NCBI GenBank assembly: GCA_035221665.1 | Contig: CM069150.1 | Location: 5,952,001 to 6,016,000 of the forward strand | Direction: 5' to 3' | Length of the DNA stretch: 64,000 nt | Source of the DNA: Okamejei kenojei | Taxonomy: Eukaryota | Part shown: one piece after another, positions 12,546 through 24,150 of the stretch | Layout: each line of letters begins with the position of its first letter | Position numbering within the stretch: the stretch's first letter is position 1 | Program-made: the position numbers and the translations under genes | The notes under the pieces: model-generated | Told to the model about the DNA's origin: nothing | The model's input: the letters and a program-made list of their open reading frames with translations, nothing else | Databases searched by the model: none

Positions 12546-12659
12546 GCGGCCTTATCAATATCTTGTACCACTGCAACATAACATTCCGTCTCCAATGCCC
12601 AATTCCCTGACTGATGAATACCAGCATGCAAAAAGTTTTTTTCATCACCCTATCTGGGA

Positions 12660-12792
12660 TGCTGAGAGAATGAAGCAGCTGGGCTTATATATTCTGGAAT
12701 TTAGAAGGATGAGAGGAAATCTTATTGAAACAGATAAGATTGTTAAGGGTTTGGACACGCGAGAGGCAGGAAACAAGTTCCCGATGCTGGAT
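12660..12792 (+). mobile_element. CR1 fragment (left flank of the ERV)
   Basis: ERMKQLGLYILEFRRMRGNLIETDKIVKGLDT, ending abruptly at LTR sequence. Confidence 0.85.
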
Positions 12793-13211
12793 AGGTCCCC
12801 AACCCAATAATACAGTAACTAATACATTGTATCTGGTAAGGCTTCTAGAAGGAAGCCAACGCAGATGAATAATGCAACATGTGCCCTGGGATTCAAACAA
12901 CCCAGACAAAACTTAACATTTCAACCAATCAACAACTAACAAAGTAAGGCTTAGCAACATTATTTACAATATGTATAACTGGCTTGCATTGATCCAATTA
13001 GCTCTAGGCATTTTACACCTCATTGTAAGTACCCTGCAGGTGTCCCATTCTTTCTCAGCAGCTCTTATCCAGGCCTCAGACAAACTAGCACCATTAAGCA
13101 GCTTATCTCAGTTTTACAGAGGCACATTTAACGACCAAAAATGGCCTAGAAGCATACAAACCCTTTCTCAATTTTCAAGCCATGGCTGCTCCAATTTAGC
13201 CAGGATTAACA
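12793..13211 (-). repeat. 3' LTR (U3 part only; R/U5 deleted)
   Basis: Begins TGTTAATCC at 13211, directly after the purine tract AAAAGGAAGGAA. Aligns to 19733-20148 with roughly 10% divergence by eye. Confidence 0.9.
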
Positions 13212-13224
13212 TTCCTTCCTTTTA
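13212..13224 (-). promoter_or_regulatory. Polypurine tract (PPT)
   Basis: The minus strand reads AAAAGGAAGGAA directly 5' of the 3' LTR TG. Confidence 0.8.
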
Positions 13225-14777
13225 TCATATATGATAAACCATCATTTATGATAATCAAATATACATGGGTGACTATTACATTATCAATCATATCAACAAT
13301 CACAAGATGATGATGTCACCTCCCAGAATCTCATCAAGCTTCCCGAGTTTTCGTGGGCGTAGCTTCACAATTTCCGTCTGATAAGTCATCACCTCCCGAG
13401 TTTTCATGGGCACGAATCCCATCCATCTGCGTTGTCAGTCCCTCTGTACTCCATCCATGGTTGAACCTATAATTCCTAAAAAACATGGGATGAAGCAAGT
13501 TACCATTCATGCACTAATGCTCTCCCATACATTCATCAACTGTACTATCACTATTCTATTCTATATAATCTTTCCCCTACTTGGATCAACATTAATCAGC
13601 CCTCTCCGTATTCACATGATGTTCTTCAATGTATATCTGATGATGGTTTCTCATATAAATTTCAACTGGGTTCTGTCCAGATTTCCCTACAGGCGTGACT
13701 CTTATTCAAAGCAAACCATGAGGAATGTTTCAATTCAACCAAATTCAGTCTCAGCCTTCAATTTAATATTTTAAATCTTGGGGTCCATCTCACCTTCTTC
13801 ATTCCACAGCTTGTGGTCGATAACACAATTCAATTCAATTGCTGTGGAATTCCCAGCTGTTCAAATGTAATCAATTAATTTCCATATTTTGTAGATTAAT
13901 ATAAAGCCAATTAAGAATGCCGAATCTAGAGACAATTTCTTTACATCTTGATAATAGAAGCTGTTTACTATCAAGGGTTAGACAAATTTAGATCCACCGG
14001 TCAAATACATCGACTCTGACACAAGTACCCATAGTACTTCTTATCACATAAGACTTCTCCTTCAGTAACTCTTTCTAAACTGTTAACTTTGTTTTCTCGA
14101 AGGGTAGTTCTGCTATCCGCATTTCCTCTTTCCTACTTTCAATGCCAACTCTCATGTTCCCTCCATATTCCTCCATTTTACCAGATCTTCCCAAGTTCCA
14201 TCCTTTGACTGATGTTCTTTGAATAATCCTTCCCATCCTTGGCTGCCTGTCTGGGGATGAGACAATAAAAAAATACCAAGTTAGTAATCAGATTTTAAAT
14301 ACTCGTAAGTCATGTCACTCCATGTCAGTTCATAATCTCAAGCTTTAAAGTTCTTCCAATTCATCAATATACATTTAGAGATCGAATTCAGAATTTTGCC
14401 AATTTATTTCAAATGACTAGAATTTAGGCACAAAGTAGGTGTCCCCGAAGAGGAGTTGGCATTTCCAAATTTGATTTGTTCTAATTGGTGCTTGCCCCAA
14501 TAATCTTCAGAGGCAGTTTGTATTTCTTTAGAAAGTGGCGGATGTTGTTCTTTTCTTTTCCCTTCACTGGTGTCAACATATGGCATGTTAAAGTTGGACA
14601 CTGGGGAAAGGTGTCTTCTTCTTGTTTCTCGATGTTAATTCCAAAGGATTAGGAATACCGAGGAGCAGCCTTCTTTGTTTTAAAGAAGGAACTGCAGATG
14701 CTGGAGAATCGAGGGTACACAAAAAGCTGGAGAAACTCAGCGGGTGCAGCAGCATCTAAGGAGCGAAGGAGATAGGC

Positions 14778-14805
14778 GACGTTTCGGGTCGAGACCCTTC
14801 TTCAG
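14778..14805 (-). ncRNA. Minimal hammerhead ribozyme motif
   Basis: The minus strand reads CTGAAGA-A-GGGT-CTCG-ACCC-GAAAC-GTC. Confidence 0.65.
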
Positions 14806-14864
14806 ACCGGGACAGGACAGTACCACTTCTTCTTAGGTGTTGGTCTGTTGTCTCTGGGGAGCTA

Positions 14865-14892
14865 CTGAAGAAGGGTCTCGACCCGAAACGTC
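14865..14892 (+). ncRNA. Minimal hammerhead ribozyme motif
   Basis: CTGAAGA-A-GGGT-CTCG-ACCC-GAAAC-GTC: CUGANGA core, 4-bp stem II, GAAA, palindromic ACGT and a GUC cleavage triplet. Confidence 0.65.
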
Positions 14893-15549
14893 GCCTATCT
14901 CCTTCGCTCCTTAGATGCTGCTGCACCCGCTGAGTTTCTCCAGCTTTTTGTGTACCCAGCCTTCTTTGTTTGTTGGCCTTCCCCAGATGGAATGTATTGT
15001 AGGGACAGGACAGTACCACTTCTTCTTAGGTGTTGGTCCGTTGTCTCTGGGGAGCTACTTGGATGGAGATAATGGCTACAAATCCTACCTGAGCTGTGCC
15101 TTCTGCCCGTTCTTAGGGGTCCATATACTCTGTTACCTCACTCCCCAGATAGTGGCATGTTGCAGGTAACACTGTACTGCAGATACAACAACTCTGTAAC
15201 ACATTATTACAATGGCTCCTATCCCTACCCCTGAACCTCCTGCGCAATAAATTAATTCCTTCTTCTCCTAGTGCCAGCTTTAATTCCCTTCAGTTCTTTC
15301 CCTTCTTGACACCAGCTACTCTGTCTCTATTTTCATAGGTTTCTCAATCCCAATCAGCTTCTTTGTAACTCTCTTCCTGGGATTCGAAAGGGGCGGTGTT
15401 CTTTCTCGTTCTGACCTAGTTTATATTCCGTAATGTCATTAGGATACCTTCAGATTTTATCTTTTAAACTTCGAGGCAAGGGTCATCTTACTTTGTCCAC
15501 ATCCTGGACTAGCTGACAGATCAGAGCTACCGGAATGGATTCGGCTGCC

Positions 15550-15770
15550 AGAGAGTTTAAGAAGGAACTGCAGATACTGGAATATCGAAGGTAGACAAAA
15601 GTGCTAGAGAAACTCAGCGGGTGCAGCAGCCTCTATGGAGCATGGGAAATAGGCAACATTTTGGGCCGAAACCCTTCTTCAGACTGAAGTCTGAAGAAGT
15701 CTGAAGCCTATTTCCTTCGCTCCATGGATGCTGCTGCACCCGCTGAGTTTCTCCAGCACTTTTGTCTACG
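15550..15770. mobile_element. Penelope-derived fold-back element with a 10-bp TSD
   Basis: Inverted arms; ttcggctgcc repeated at 15540-15549 and 15771-15780. Confidence 0.8.
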
Positions 15771-15866
15771 TTCGGCTGCCGGAGTGATGCTTGGTTCCCT
15801 TCCTCCTGATCCTCTGGCCAGTATTCTCTTCCTCTATCTTCAAGGTCCCAAGCATCCCGATAACCT

Positions 15867-17228
15867 CTAGGGGTCCATTGACCTCTGGGACCCCGTGGCC
15901 CTCTTCTCTGACCCCTTTCTCATAGGGCAAGCTCTGCTCCAGTGTCCCGTTTCCCCACAGATGTAACTGTGATCGAGCCTCACCGTTCTATAGCCTCTCC
16001 AATTAAATTGAGGGAAAGTGGGCTCTCTAATAGGCATGTTCCTAAGGTAATCAGGAGGGATCCATTCCTTAAATTCTTCCTCTTCTGTTGATGTCACTTC
16101 CAGTTTTTGAATTCTTAGTACTGGTCTCTGGAAGGATTCAACCGTTGTTGAACTGGGTTGCACTGGATTGTAGCCCGGGGATATTCTGCACCTACTGTGG
16201 TATCTAATTTTAAAGTAGGCAACTTCCTATTAGGGAATTATCTACGGGGAATTTGCTCCATTTCCATATCGGGAATCCGTTCTGATTTTATAATTTTAGT
16301 GATATCAGGATCAGCTACTTCACACCCCCTTATTGTCTCACCCTCAGGGGCACTGCTCCCCCTTCTAAAGACATTTCAATGTTTGAGGAATGATTCCTCT
16401 ACTTATTTTAATTAATTTCGGCACCCACTTCTGAGGAACCTTCTTTCTAATTCCCAGATCCTTCACATTATCCTCTACTGGTGAAACAATCATCGGAGCC
16501 AGAGAGTCCGCTCCCGATTTCCCTGCTATAGATTTAAATTCAGTGGGTGGAGTCGAAGATGCCACTGACTCCACCCGAGCACCCTGTTCGCATGCTGTGC
16601 AAGGTGCTTCAGGACTAGGAACATGAGAGGGCTCACAGGAATGCTGTGACTCTGTTCCAAAAAAGTCTGCCCATTCCCTTACATATTGGGCTTCTCTCCC
16701 CTCGAGATCCACGCTAACCGCTGCGCTTTTACTAAACTTGATGAGTTTAATTTTAGTTGGCACCTCTCCTTTAAGAGCCATTGTAGTTATTTCCCATTTA
16801 AAAGTCGGTGCTCTTTCCTGCTCCTGCTGCTGACTTTCAATGTCTCTCTCTCTTTGTTCAGAAATGTATAGGGAAGGACCAGCTCTCTCTTCCTCCAGCC
16901 TTATCCCTAACTTTGAGGCTGCCAGCCTTAGAGCAGAAAGCAGAACAACTTCTTTATTCACCTTCCTTTCCGTAAAAAACACCCTCCATAATTTAATGAG
17001 TTTGTTCCTTTCTTCACTGTTCCCATATCACCTAATAATTGTCTCTACGTAGGTTATTCCTATTACAGACTTCAGCCCACCCATCGGCCAAAGTTCACCT
17101 CCTAATTCTTTATTTAATTTCCCCAAAAATGTCCTTAATCTTTCTGCCTTCTGAGGAATTTCATCGCAGATTATTTTCAATGGACTTCTGGGGTGGTTTG
17201 TTAGGTCCTTCTCTAGACTATTTCCCAT
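15867..17228 (-). pseudogene. gag: Retroviral gag remnant
   Basis: Starts MGNS (myristoylation-type N-terminus) with a matrix-like ..ELWPMGG segment. Broken into ORFs 17028-17228, 16365-16982 and 15867-16163. Contains a CX2CX4HX4C knuckle, SYICGETGHWSRAC, whose first Cys codon is AGT instead of TGT. Confidence 0.75.
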
Positions 17229-19359
17229 ACTTCACACAATAGTCACAATGCAGATAAGTACAAAGCACTCACATCTCCTCTACACTCGCTCCTTCCTTTC
17301 AGTCTCCAAGGCCACTGAGATTACTCCCCCACAATGTCCAATGTCTAACAGATTCACACCTCTCTCACGCAATCGTACATTCAATTTTATTCAACCGCTA
17401 GTCAATCTTTTTATTCAATCACTCAGTTTGATCACTCTACTCAATAGCTCTGTTCAATTGTTCTACTTGATCACCCTTCAATCGTGCATTCAACTCCCTT
17501 ATCAATTCAATCTTATTCACATTCACCCTCAACTGCCAGCCTGTAAACAAAGAATCTTCAGTCCCTCAAACTAAGGCGCTTAATATTCAAATCTTCTAGC
17601 AGCAATCTCTCCCACTCAGAACACTTTGAATTAGCACAGACAGATAAACCTGAACTGTGCAAGCAAAACGATACTTTAACAAGAAACTATTCCCCCAATT
17701 ATAAAGAGACAAAGACACACCACAATATACATGGCAAACATATGATTAATCACCCACTCTAATAAATCCTCCTCATGGTGTACTCGGTCAATGGAATGAT
17801 CCCTCCCCGACACAGCGGTCGAAAGAATACGAACCCTGATTGAACCACCATGAATCAGACTCTAACAATGCTAATTTAAACAAATCCCATATATCCAATT
17901 GAAACACACTTTTACCCCACTTATCCAACATCCAAAAATCCTTAAGCACACACAGTCAGTACAAGTAGCGGTTCACGATCTTAACACACTCCCAATATAT
18001 TTTACACATTACAAAATATTTATACAGTTCAGATCCGATAAAGATATACACTGGAAATTTACAATACACGATGGTCACAACACGCTAGCGCACTATTCAC
18101 AAACTTGATTTCAATTCCGCGTCGCGCTGTTACCAGTGAGCCTCTTCCTCTGATACCGAAGATTTTTCCCCTCCTAGGGTACTCTTTGCTGAGGAGTACT
18201 ACTTGTCAGTTGACTACTTTTCCTCCTTCAGATACATTCCTCCTGCTAAGACTCGACTTACATTGGGGGATTTCTATCCTTCCACTCTAAGTTCTCAGAA
18301 TCAGGGGTACTTTTTCCTGTCCGGTTACTTTTCACAAAAAAAATAGGTTCCCTTCTCTCAGTTACTCTTCATTATCACGGACTAATCAACAATCGATCAA
18401 ATGGTTACTACTCACAGTTGATCTGCCGCTATTTGGAAACGATCTCAAACACGCTATACAAACTTTGAAGTTCTATATACACAGAATTCGAATTCTACCG
18501 TACAGTCAGAACTTCAATATGAACTTCTGTATTTAGATACTTTAATTCTGCAAATTTAAGTTGGTTCTGTTCAGACCAATCAGTTTTGGTGCATTCCACT
18601 CAATGTACGCGGGTTCAAATTAAAATTTACTCCAACAATGAAATCTCAAATGGACTAGAGTATTCCCAGCCAATCTATACTCTAGTCGCCGAGCCCGGTG
18701 CTTTTAAGAGAGTCCTCATCTGTCTTTTCAGGGTTGCAGATCACTCACACAGGCGTGGCCTCTAACCAACCCAGGCCACCCTGTCATATGGGTTTGCTCC
18801 CTATCACCTGCTTGGCACCGGGTGTCAGCGCCTAGCCTCTACACGCTGGCAGTCGATGCCGATTTTCGTAACGCACCTTTTCAATCAGCGCTCCTAGCAA
18901 TGATGGGTCAAATGGTTTACCGCTTAGCACGTATACCAGACTTGTTTTTCAATATCCCGTCAGTTGGATACCAATACTGGGTAGGGCTTTGAACCCAAAT
19001 CTGAATTTGTGGCATTTACCAGCAGCCGCAGCTACCAACTATGACCAAATTTCGGGCCTCGAACGCAGGAAAGGGCCCCGAAACCCAACCCCAGCAGGGC
19101 CTCTAACCCCACCCTGGTTTTACGGGTCTCTAACCAAATGGAGCGCTATCACCCCCCCCCCCCCCCCCCCGTGCTTGCTAGTCTCTGATATATTATGTCG
19201 TTGGGACCCTATCCCATGCCCACAAATGATTGATCTGCTCTGACTATCGAAGTGCCGAGGATCAATGCGAAAACCGCACCGTGGTGCCGATTTCTGCACT
19301 CGCGATCGGGACAGCTCAACACCCTTAATCGCAAACTTGTGTATTGGGGGTCTGTTGAG

Positions 19360-19377
19360 ATCCCGGACGAGCTCCCA
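19360..19377 (-). promoter_or_regulatory. Primer-binding site, tRNA-Pro type
   Basis: TGGGAGCTCGTCCGGGAT, 17/18 match to the MLV tRNA-Pro PBS TGGGGGCTCGTCCGGGAT, one base after the LTR terminal CA. Confidence 0.92.
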
Positions 19378-19378
19378 A

Positions 19379-20148
19379 TGTAAATAGGTTGTTCTAAGCT
19401 CCCCCCAGTCTAGTTTCAGTCAATAAAATACTGAATCAAGCACTTGAGCAACTAAACTTTATTTTGGATAACACAACACAACTCCCCTATACAATACCTA
19501 ACCACCGCGGGTTTGATCCTTGTATCTGCTTGGCCAAGCCCGTCTAGCCTCGTGCAAGCAGAGACACTCCACAAGGTCCCACAGTCCCAAGCATTCTTCC
19601 AGAAGATCGACACAGGACCTCGTGGGGGCTACCTTTTATAGGTCCCCGAACCTTGAGGGGCTGAACCAAATGGGGGTGGTCTCTGTATAGATCAATAACA
19701 CATATCGATTATCACAGTACATGATGGACAGTTCCCCAACCCAATAACACAGTAACTAATACATTGTATGTGGTAAAGCTTCTAGAAGGAAGCCAACATA
19801 GATGAATAATGCAACATGTGCCCTGGGATTCAAACAACCCAGACAAAGCTTAACATTTAAACCAATCAACAACTAACAAAATAAGGCTTAGCAACAATAT
19901 TTACAATATGTATACCCGGCTTGCATTCATCCAATTAGCTCTATACATTTTACACCTCATTGTAAATAACCTGGAGATGTCCCATTCTTTCTCTGCAGCT
20001 CTTATCTGGGCCTCAGACACACAGGCACCATTCAGTAACTTGTCTCAGTTTTACAGAGACACATTTAACTTGACCAAAATGGCCTAGCAGCATACAGCCC
20101 TTTCTCAATGTTAAAGCCATGGCTGCTCAAATTTAGTCAGGATTAACA
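19379..20148 (-). repeat. 5' LTR (770 bp)
   Basis: TGTTAA...TTTACA termini. Minus-strand TATAAAA at ~19634-19640 and AATAAA at ~19458-19463. Confidence 0.9.
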
Positions 20149-20205
20149 GCTCGAAGGGTCGAATGGCCTACTCCAGCACCTATTGTCTATTGTCTATTGT
20201 CTATT
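20149..20205 (+). mobile_element. CR1 3' terminus with (TATTGTC)n tail (right flank of the ERV)
   Basis: gctcgaagggtcgaatggcctactccagcacctattgtctattgtctattgtctatt. Confidence 0.8.
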
Positions 20206-20769
20206 CACACCCTCCTATCCCTTAGACATTACCTCTTCCCCAGTCAACAATGGGCCATTGTGGGCTTTACCCTTACTTGGACATCCATTGCCGGCCGTTT
20301 GTTCTGGCCTTTTCATACCTCCAGTTCCCTCCCTTCTAGTTTCAGTCTGAAGAGGGGTTCCGACCAACAATGTCACCAATCCTTTCTCCAGAGTTGCTGG
20401 CTGACCCGCTGAGTTACACCAGCACTTTGCGTCTATTTTTGATGTAAACCAGCATCCGCTTATTTTCGTGAAATCTGTAAACTTAAAATCATGCCTCATA
20501 CATTCTCTTTCTTTTAAAATCTTTTTATTGGGTTTTTTTTTTCCAAAGAAAACAAAAATAAAACATTTAAAAAAACAGAGCAAAAAAAATAGTGATAAAC
20601 ATAACAATGATATTGATACATAGGGATCAGGATTACATTAATAACAGGTATAACCTGATATGAGACCAATGTCAAAATACACATTGAGTATAGACCTCCC
20701 AGTCTCTATGTAAATATAGTTAAATCTTTAAAAGAAAATTTATAAATGTAGAAAAAAACACAAAAATAA

Positions 20770-22569
20770 AAACGTTATAACGTAGTGGCCCGTGCGTTTA
20801 CCTTAGTGACTCGTGAGTCTACCGTGGGCACTCTTTAACTTATTTCAGTGCCATTCACCCTCGAGTCTTAATCACAAAATTGAATTCACCCTCGACTAAA
20901 TTTTCTTTGTTTTTTTGGTAATTTTCATTCTATTTTCCCTTGTGTGAAATTTTATATATAATGTATTTTTGTCACATGAGCAAAATACATGAATGAACTC
21001 ATTTCGTAAGTGTTTATTTTACTCAGCTTTTTTAACATCCTAAAAATATGTTAAAAAAACTAGGAATGAAAAAAAGTTTAATTACCTCTGGAGTTGGAAA
21101 ATCATTCTATTAGAATGATTAAAAAAAAACATTCCAACATCTAAACACTGGGCTACAGCCCTATCCTACCCTTTCGGGCTTTGATTACTGCAGTTATTTC
21201 TTGGAAAATTAGCTATTAAAACCATGGAGTGTGTGATTTAATATATTTTTCTCCAACTAACATAACTTTCTATAACCCTCCCCGAAAGCTCACAAAACCA
21301 CCAAATATCAACTTTGGTAGCTACATTTCTACACAAAATAAATTGCAGTTCAACAGTTGCATATGGCGATCCTCCAGTGTTGCCATTTATAAATCACACT
21401 AGCTCGTCTGGTCTTCCCTAAACAGTTATATTACAGTAAATTTGGGAAATATCCTGTTACTTTGAAATTAGAAAACCATAGGTATAGATAAAAAAACATA
21501 TCAAAGTTCCAGCTCCACTGCCATTAAAACCAATGAGCTTACTAACCACTTTAATGGCAATGTCTTTTTTTAAGTATAGAAAACAAAATCTGGATAAATT
21601 ATGTCATTCACCCTTCACCCACCCCTCTAGTTTCATTCACTCCATAAAATAATTTCATTTGCGCTTGGGTGAACCATTCACCAGTTTAAGAAGCACTGAT
21701 ATAGCGCATTGCATCTGAAAAGTGAAATCAGACTTCAGGAAGGGTGTCCGAACTTCCGGACAGCAACGGGCCGTGCGTCGCTGCTTTCTGAGATGAATCA
21801 ATGAACGTTGGATTTTCCTGACGCGTAGATTTACAACCAATAGCGATTACAAGATCACAAGTTTCCTGATTTACAGCCTGTAAACGATCACAACCATCGC
21901 CCGGTCACAGCCCACGTTGATCAGTCCGAACTAACATCATCAGCGTGAATAGAGTATTCACAAAGGGATTTCTTTTCCTCTTCCAAGTACATTCTATAAA
22001 TCGATTGCTGGGTTTTCTCCGCTCTACCTTCGCCCAGGCGCCTTTCCTCCCCTTCCATCAATATCTATATAGAGAGAGAGAGAGACGGAGAGAGAGTGCG
22101 TGTGCGCGTCAGCAGCATAGTTATATACAACGGGCTTGTACGCGGTGGCAAGAGAGGTTTCCTTTTTTCTTGTCCGGGGCTTGAGAGAGATCGGAGAAAA
22201 TTAACCCTCCCTCGCACACCACTCCTAACCCAAGAGCCTTGTCACCCCAGACAGATTAATGACGCCCCCTCCCCAACCTCCCTCCACCTCAACTCACGCC
22301 TGGGCACCAAAGCAGCTCAGGAGGCGAACCCTGAGCTCCGTCTCCCAACAATCTGATGTGAAAGAACAGTTATTAAAACATACCTTCATTCACGGTTGGC
22401 TCAAGAGTAACGGGAGAGGAACTTGGAACATCGCAGAAATGACATACCCGTGGGAACTTGGTTAAACACTTGATCATAAGCTTGAAATCTCGTACACAAC
22501 CACGAGTCTGGTTTTTTTCTTTCACATGGGGTCACTTGTGGGTGGACTCGCACCGTGAGACAGGCCTTT
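20770..22569. mobile_element. Nested DNA-transposon remnants (Harbinger-like end at 22569, hAT-like end at 21698)
   Basis: The minus strand at 22569 reads AAAGGCCTGTCTCACGG, like the MITE TIR at 3460. The minus strand at 21698 reads CAGTGCTTCTTAAACTGG, a hAT/Charlie-like TIR. Partner ends are not clearly identified. Confidence 0.4.
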
Positions 22570-22716
22570 GACCATAATTCAAAACAAGATTATTTAATGG
22601 AAAAAGCTCACTCTTTACTAAGATTTAGTTTATAACCTGAAAACCTACTAAATTGATTAAGTAATGGTACTATTGCTGGAATAGATTTCTCAGGGTTAGA
22701 AATAAATAATAACAGA

Positions 22717-23310
22717 TCATCTGCGTAAAGAGACAATATTATTCCCGTGAACAATACTAAAAATATTAGGGGATTCCCTAATAGTGGTGGCTAAAGGTTC
22801 CAAAGCAATATCAAATAGTAAAGGACTTAAGGGACAGCCCTGTCTAGTACCTCGAAAGAGCCTGAAAAACGGGGATCTCTGATTATTAGTAAATACAGAA
22901 GCCTGAGGTATATGATATATCAACTTGATCCAAGAAATACATTTTGGACCAATCTTAAATTTTTCAAGTGTATTGAATAAATAATCCCATACTACTCTAT
23001 CAAACGCTTTCTCGGCATCGAGTGAGATGACACATTCTGGGGTCTTATTAGACGCTGTATATACAATATTCATTAATCTCCTAACGTTAAAGTCTGAGTA
23101 ACAATTTTTAATAAAACTGGTCTGATCTTCAGAGATAATTTGCGGTAAAATCTTTTCCAATCTCAAAGCTAATATTTTGGAAAGACTTTTGAAATCTACA
23201 TTTAACATTAATATAGGTCTATATGATGACACTCCAGTAGGGTCTTTATCTTTTTTAAGATTTAAAGAAATAGAAGCTTCATAAAAGGATTGTGGTAATC
23301 TATTCCAAGC
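22717..23310 (-). mobile_element. L1 LINE RT fragment
   Basis: SYRPILMLNVDFK..SKILALRLEKILPQIISEDQTSFI..ISLDAEKAFDRVVWDYL..RGTRQGCPLSPLLFDIALEPLA. Confidence 0.95.
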
Positions 23311-23574
23311 CTCATACATTATCATCCAAATCATTGATCGAGTTGAGAAACGGCAATTATCCGAGCACCAATCCTTACAGCATACCACCTGTCTGAAATG
23401 GCAGAGAAGATGAGGGGCTGATCAGTTTGCTCTTAGACACATATACTGTAGATATTATAAACACATTTTCCAGGGGATTAAATCTTTAACATGAGGGCAG
23501 TCTACGTAGCTAAATAATTTGCAATGTTGTGGTAGTCATCTTAAATTGAGATGACTACCATTTTAGTTTGTTTT

Positions 23575-24150
23575 TGGTTAGTTTAGCTTATTATCACTTG
23601 TAGAGAGGTACAGTGAAATGTTTTTGTTGCGTGCTATCCAGTCAGCAGAAAGACAATACATGATTACAATTGAGCCATTTACAGTGTATAGATACATGAT
23701 AAGGGAATAACGTTTAGTGCAAGGTAGAGCCAGCAAAGTCTGATCAAGGATAGTCCGAGGATCACCAATGAGGTAGTTAGTAGCTCAGGACTGCTCTCTG
23801 GTTGTGGAAGGATGATCAGTTCCCTGATAACAGTTGGGATGAAATTGTCGCTGAATCTGGAGCGAGTGGCCAGGGTGCGACTCGTCCTTGATTATGCTGC
23901 TGGCCTTGCTGATCAGCGTGAGGTATAAATAAAATCAACAGAAGGGAGGTTGGTCTGTGTGATGGTCTGGGCTGCGTCCACAATTCGCTGCAATTTCTTG
24001 TGGTCTTGGATGGAGTTGTTCCCAAACCAGTATATGATGCATCCTGATAAAATGCTTTATATTGTGCACTTGTAGAAGTTGGTGAGAGTTGTAGGGGACG
24101 TGCCAAAATTCTTAAGCCTTCTACGGGAGTTGGTGTGCTTTCTTGGTCTT
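23575..24150 (-). mobile_element. Rex1/Babar- or L2-like LINE 3' fragment
   Basis: LTNFYKCTI, then (frameshifted) HKKLQRIVDAAQTITQTNLPS..ASSIIKDESHP; 3' end with aataagctaaact-type tail. Confidence 0.65.

Larger units (their letters stand above)
14681..14956. mobile_element. Penelope-derived fold-back element with two hammerhead cores and a 15-bp TSD
   Basis: Near-perfect ~90-bp inverted arms. TSD cagccttctttgttt at 14666-14680 and 14957-14971. Confidence 0.85.
12793..20148 (-). mobile_element. Endogenous retrovirus (class I/gamma-epsilon-like), defective, no recognisable pol or env
   Basis: 5' LTR 20148-19379 (TG...CA), tRNA-Pro-type PBS directly after it, gag remnant, PPT, and a truncated 3' LTR 13211-12793 homologous to the 5' LTR. 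Confidence 0.9.
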
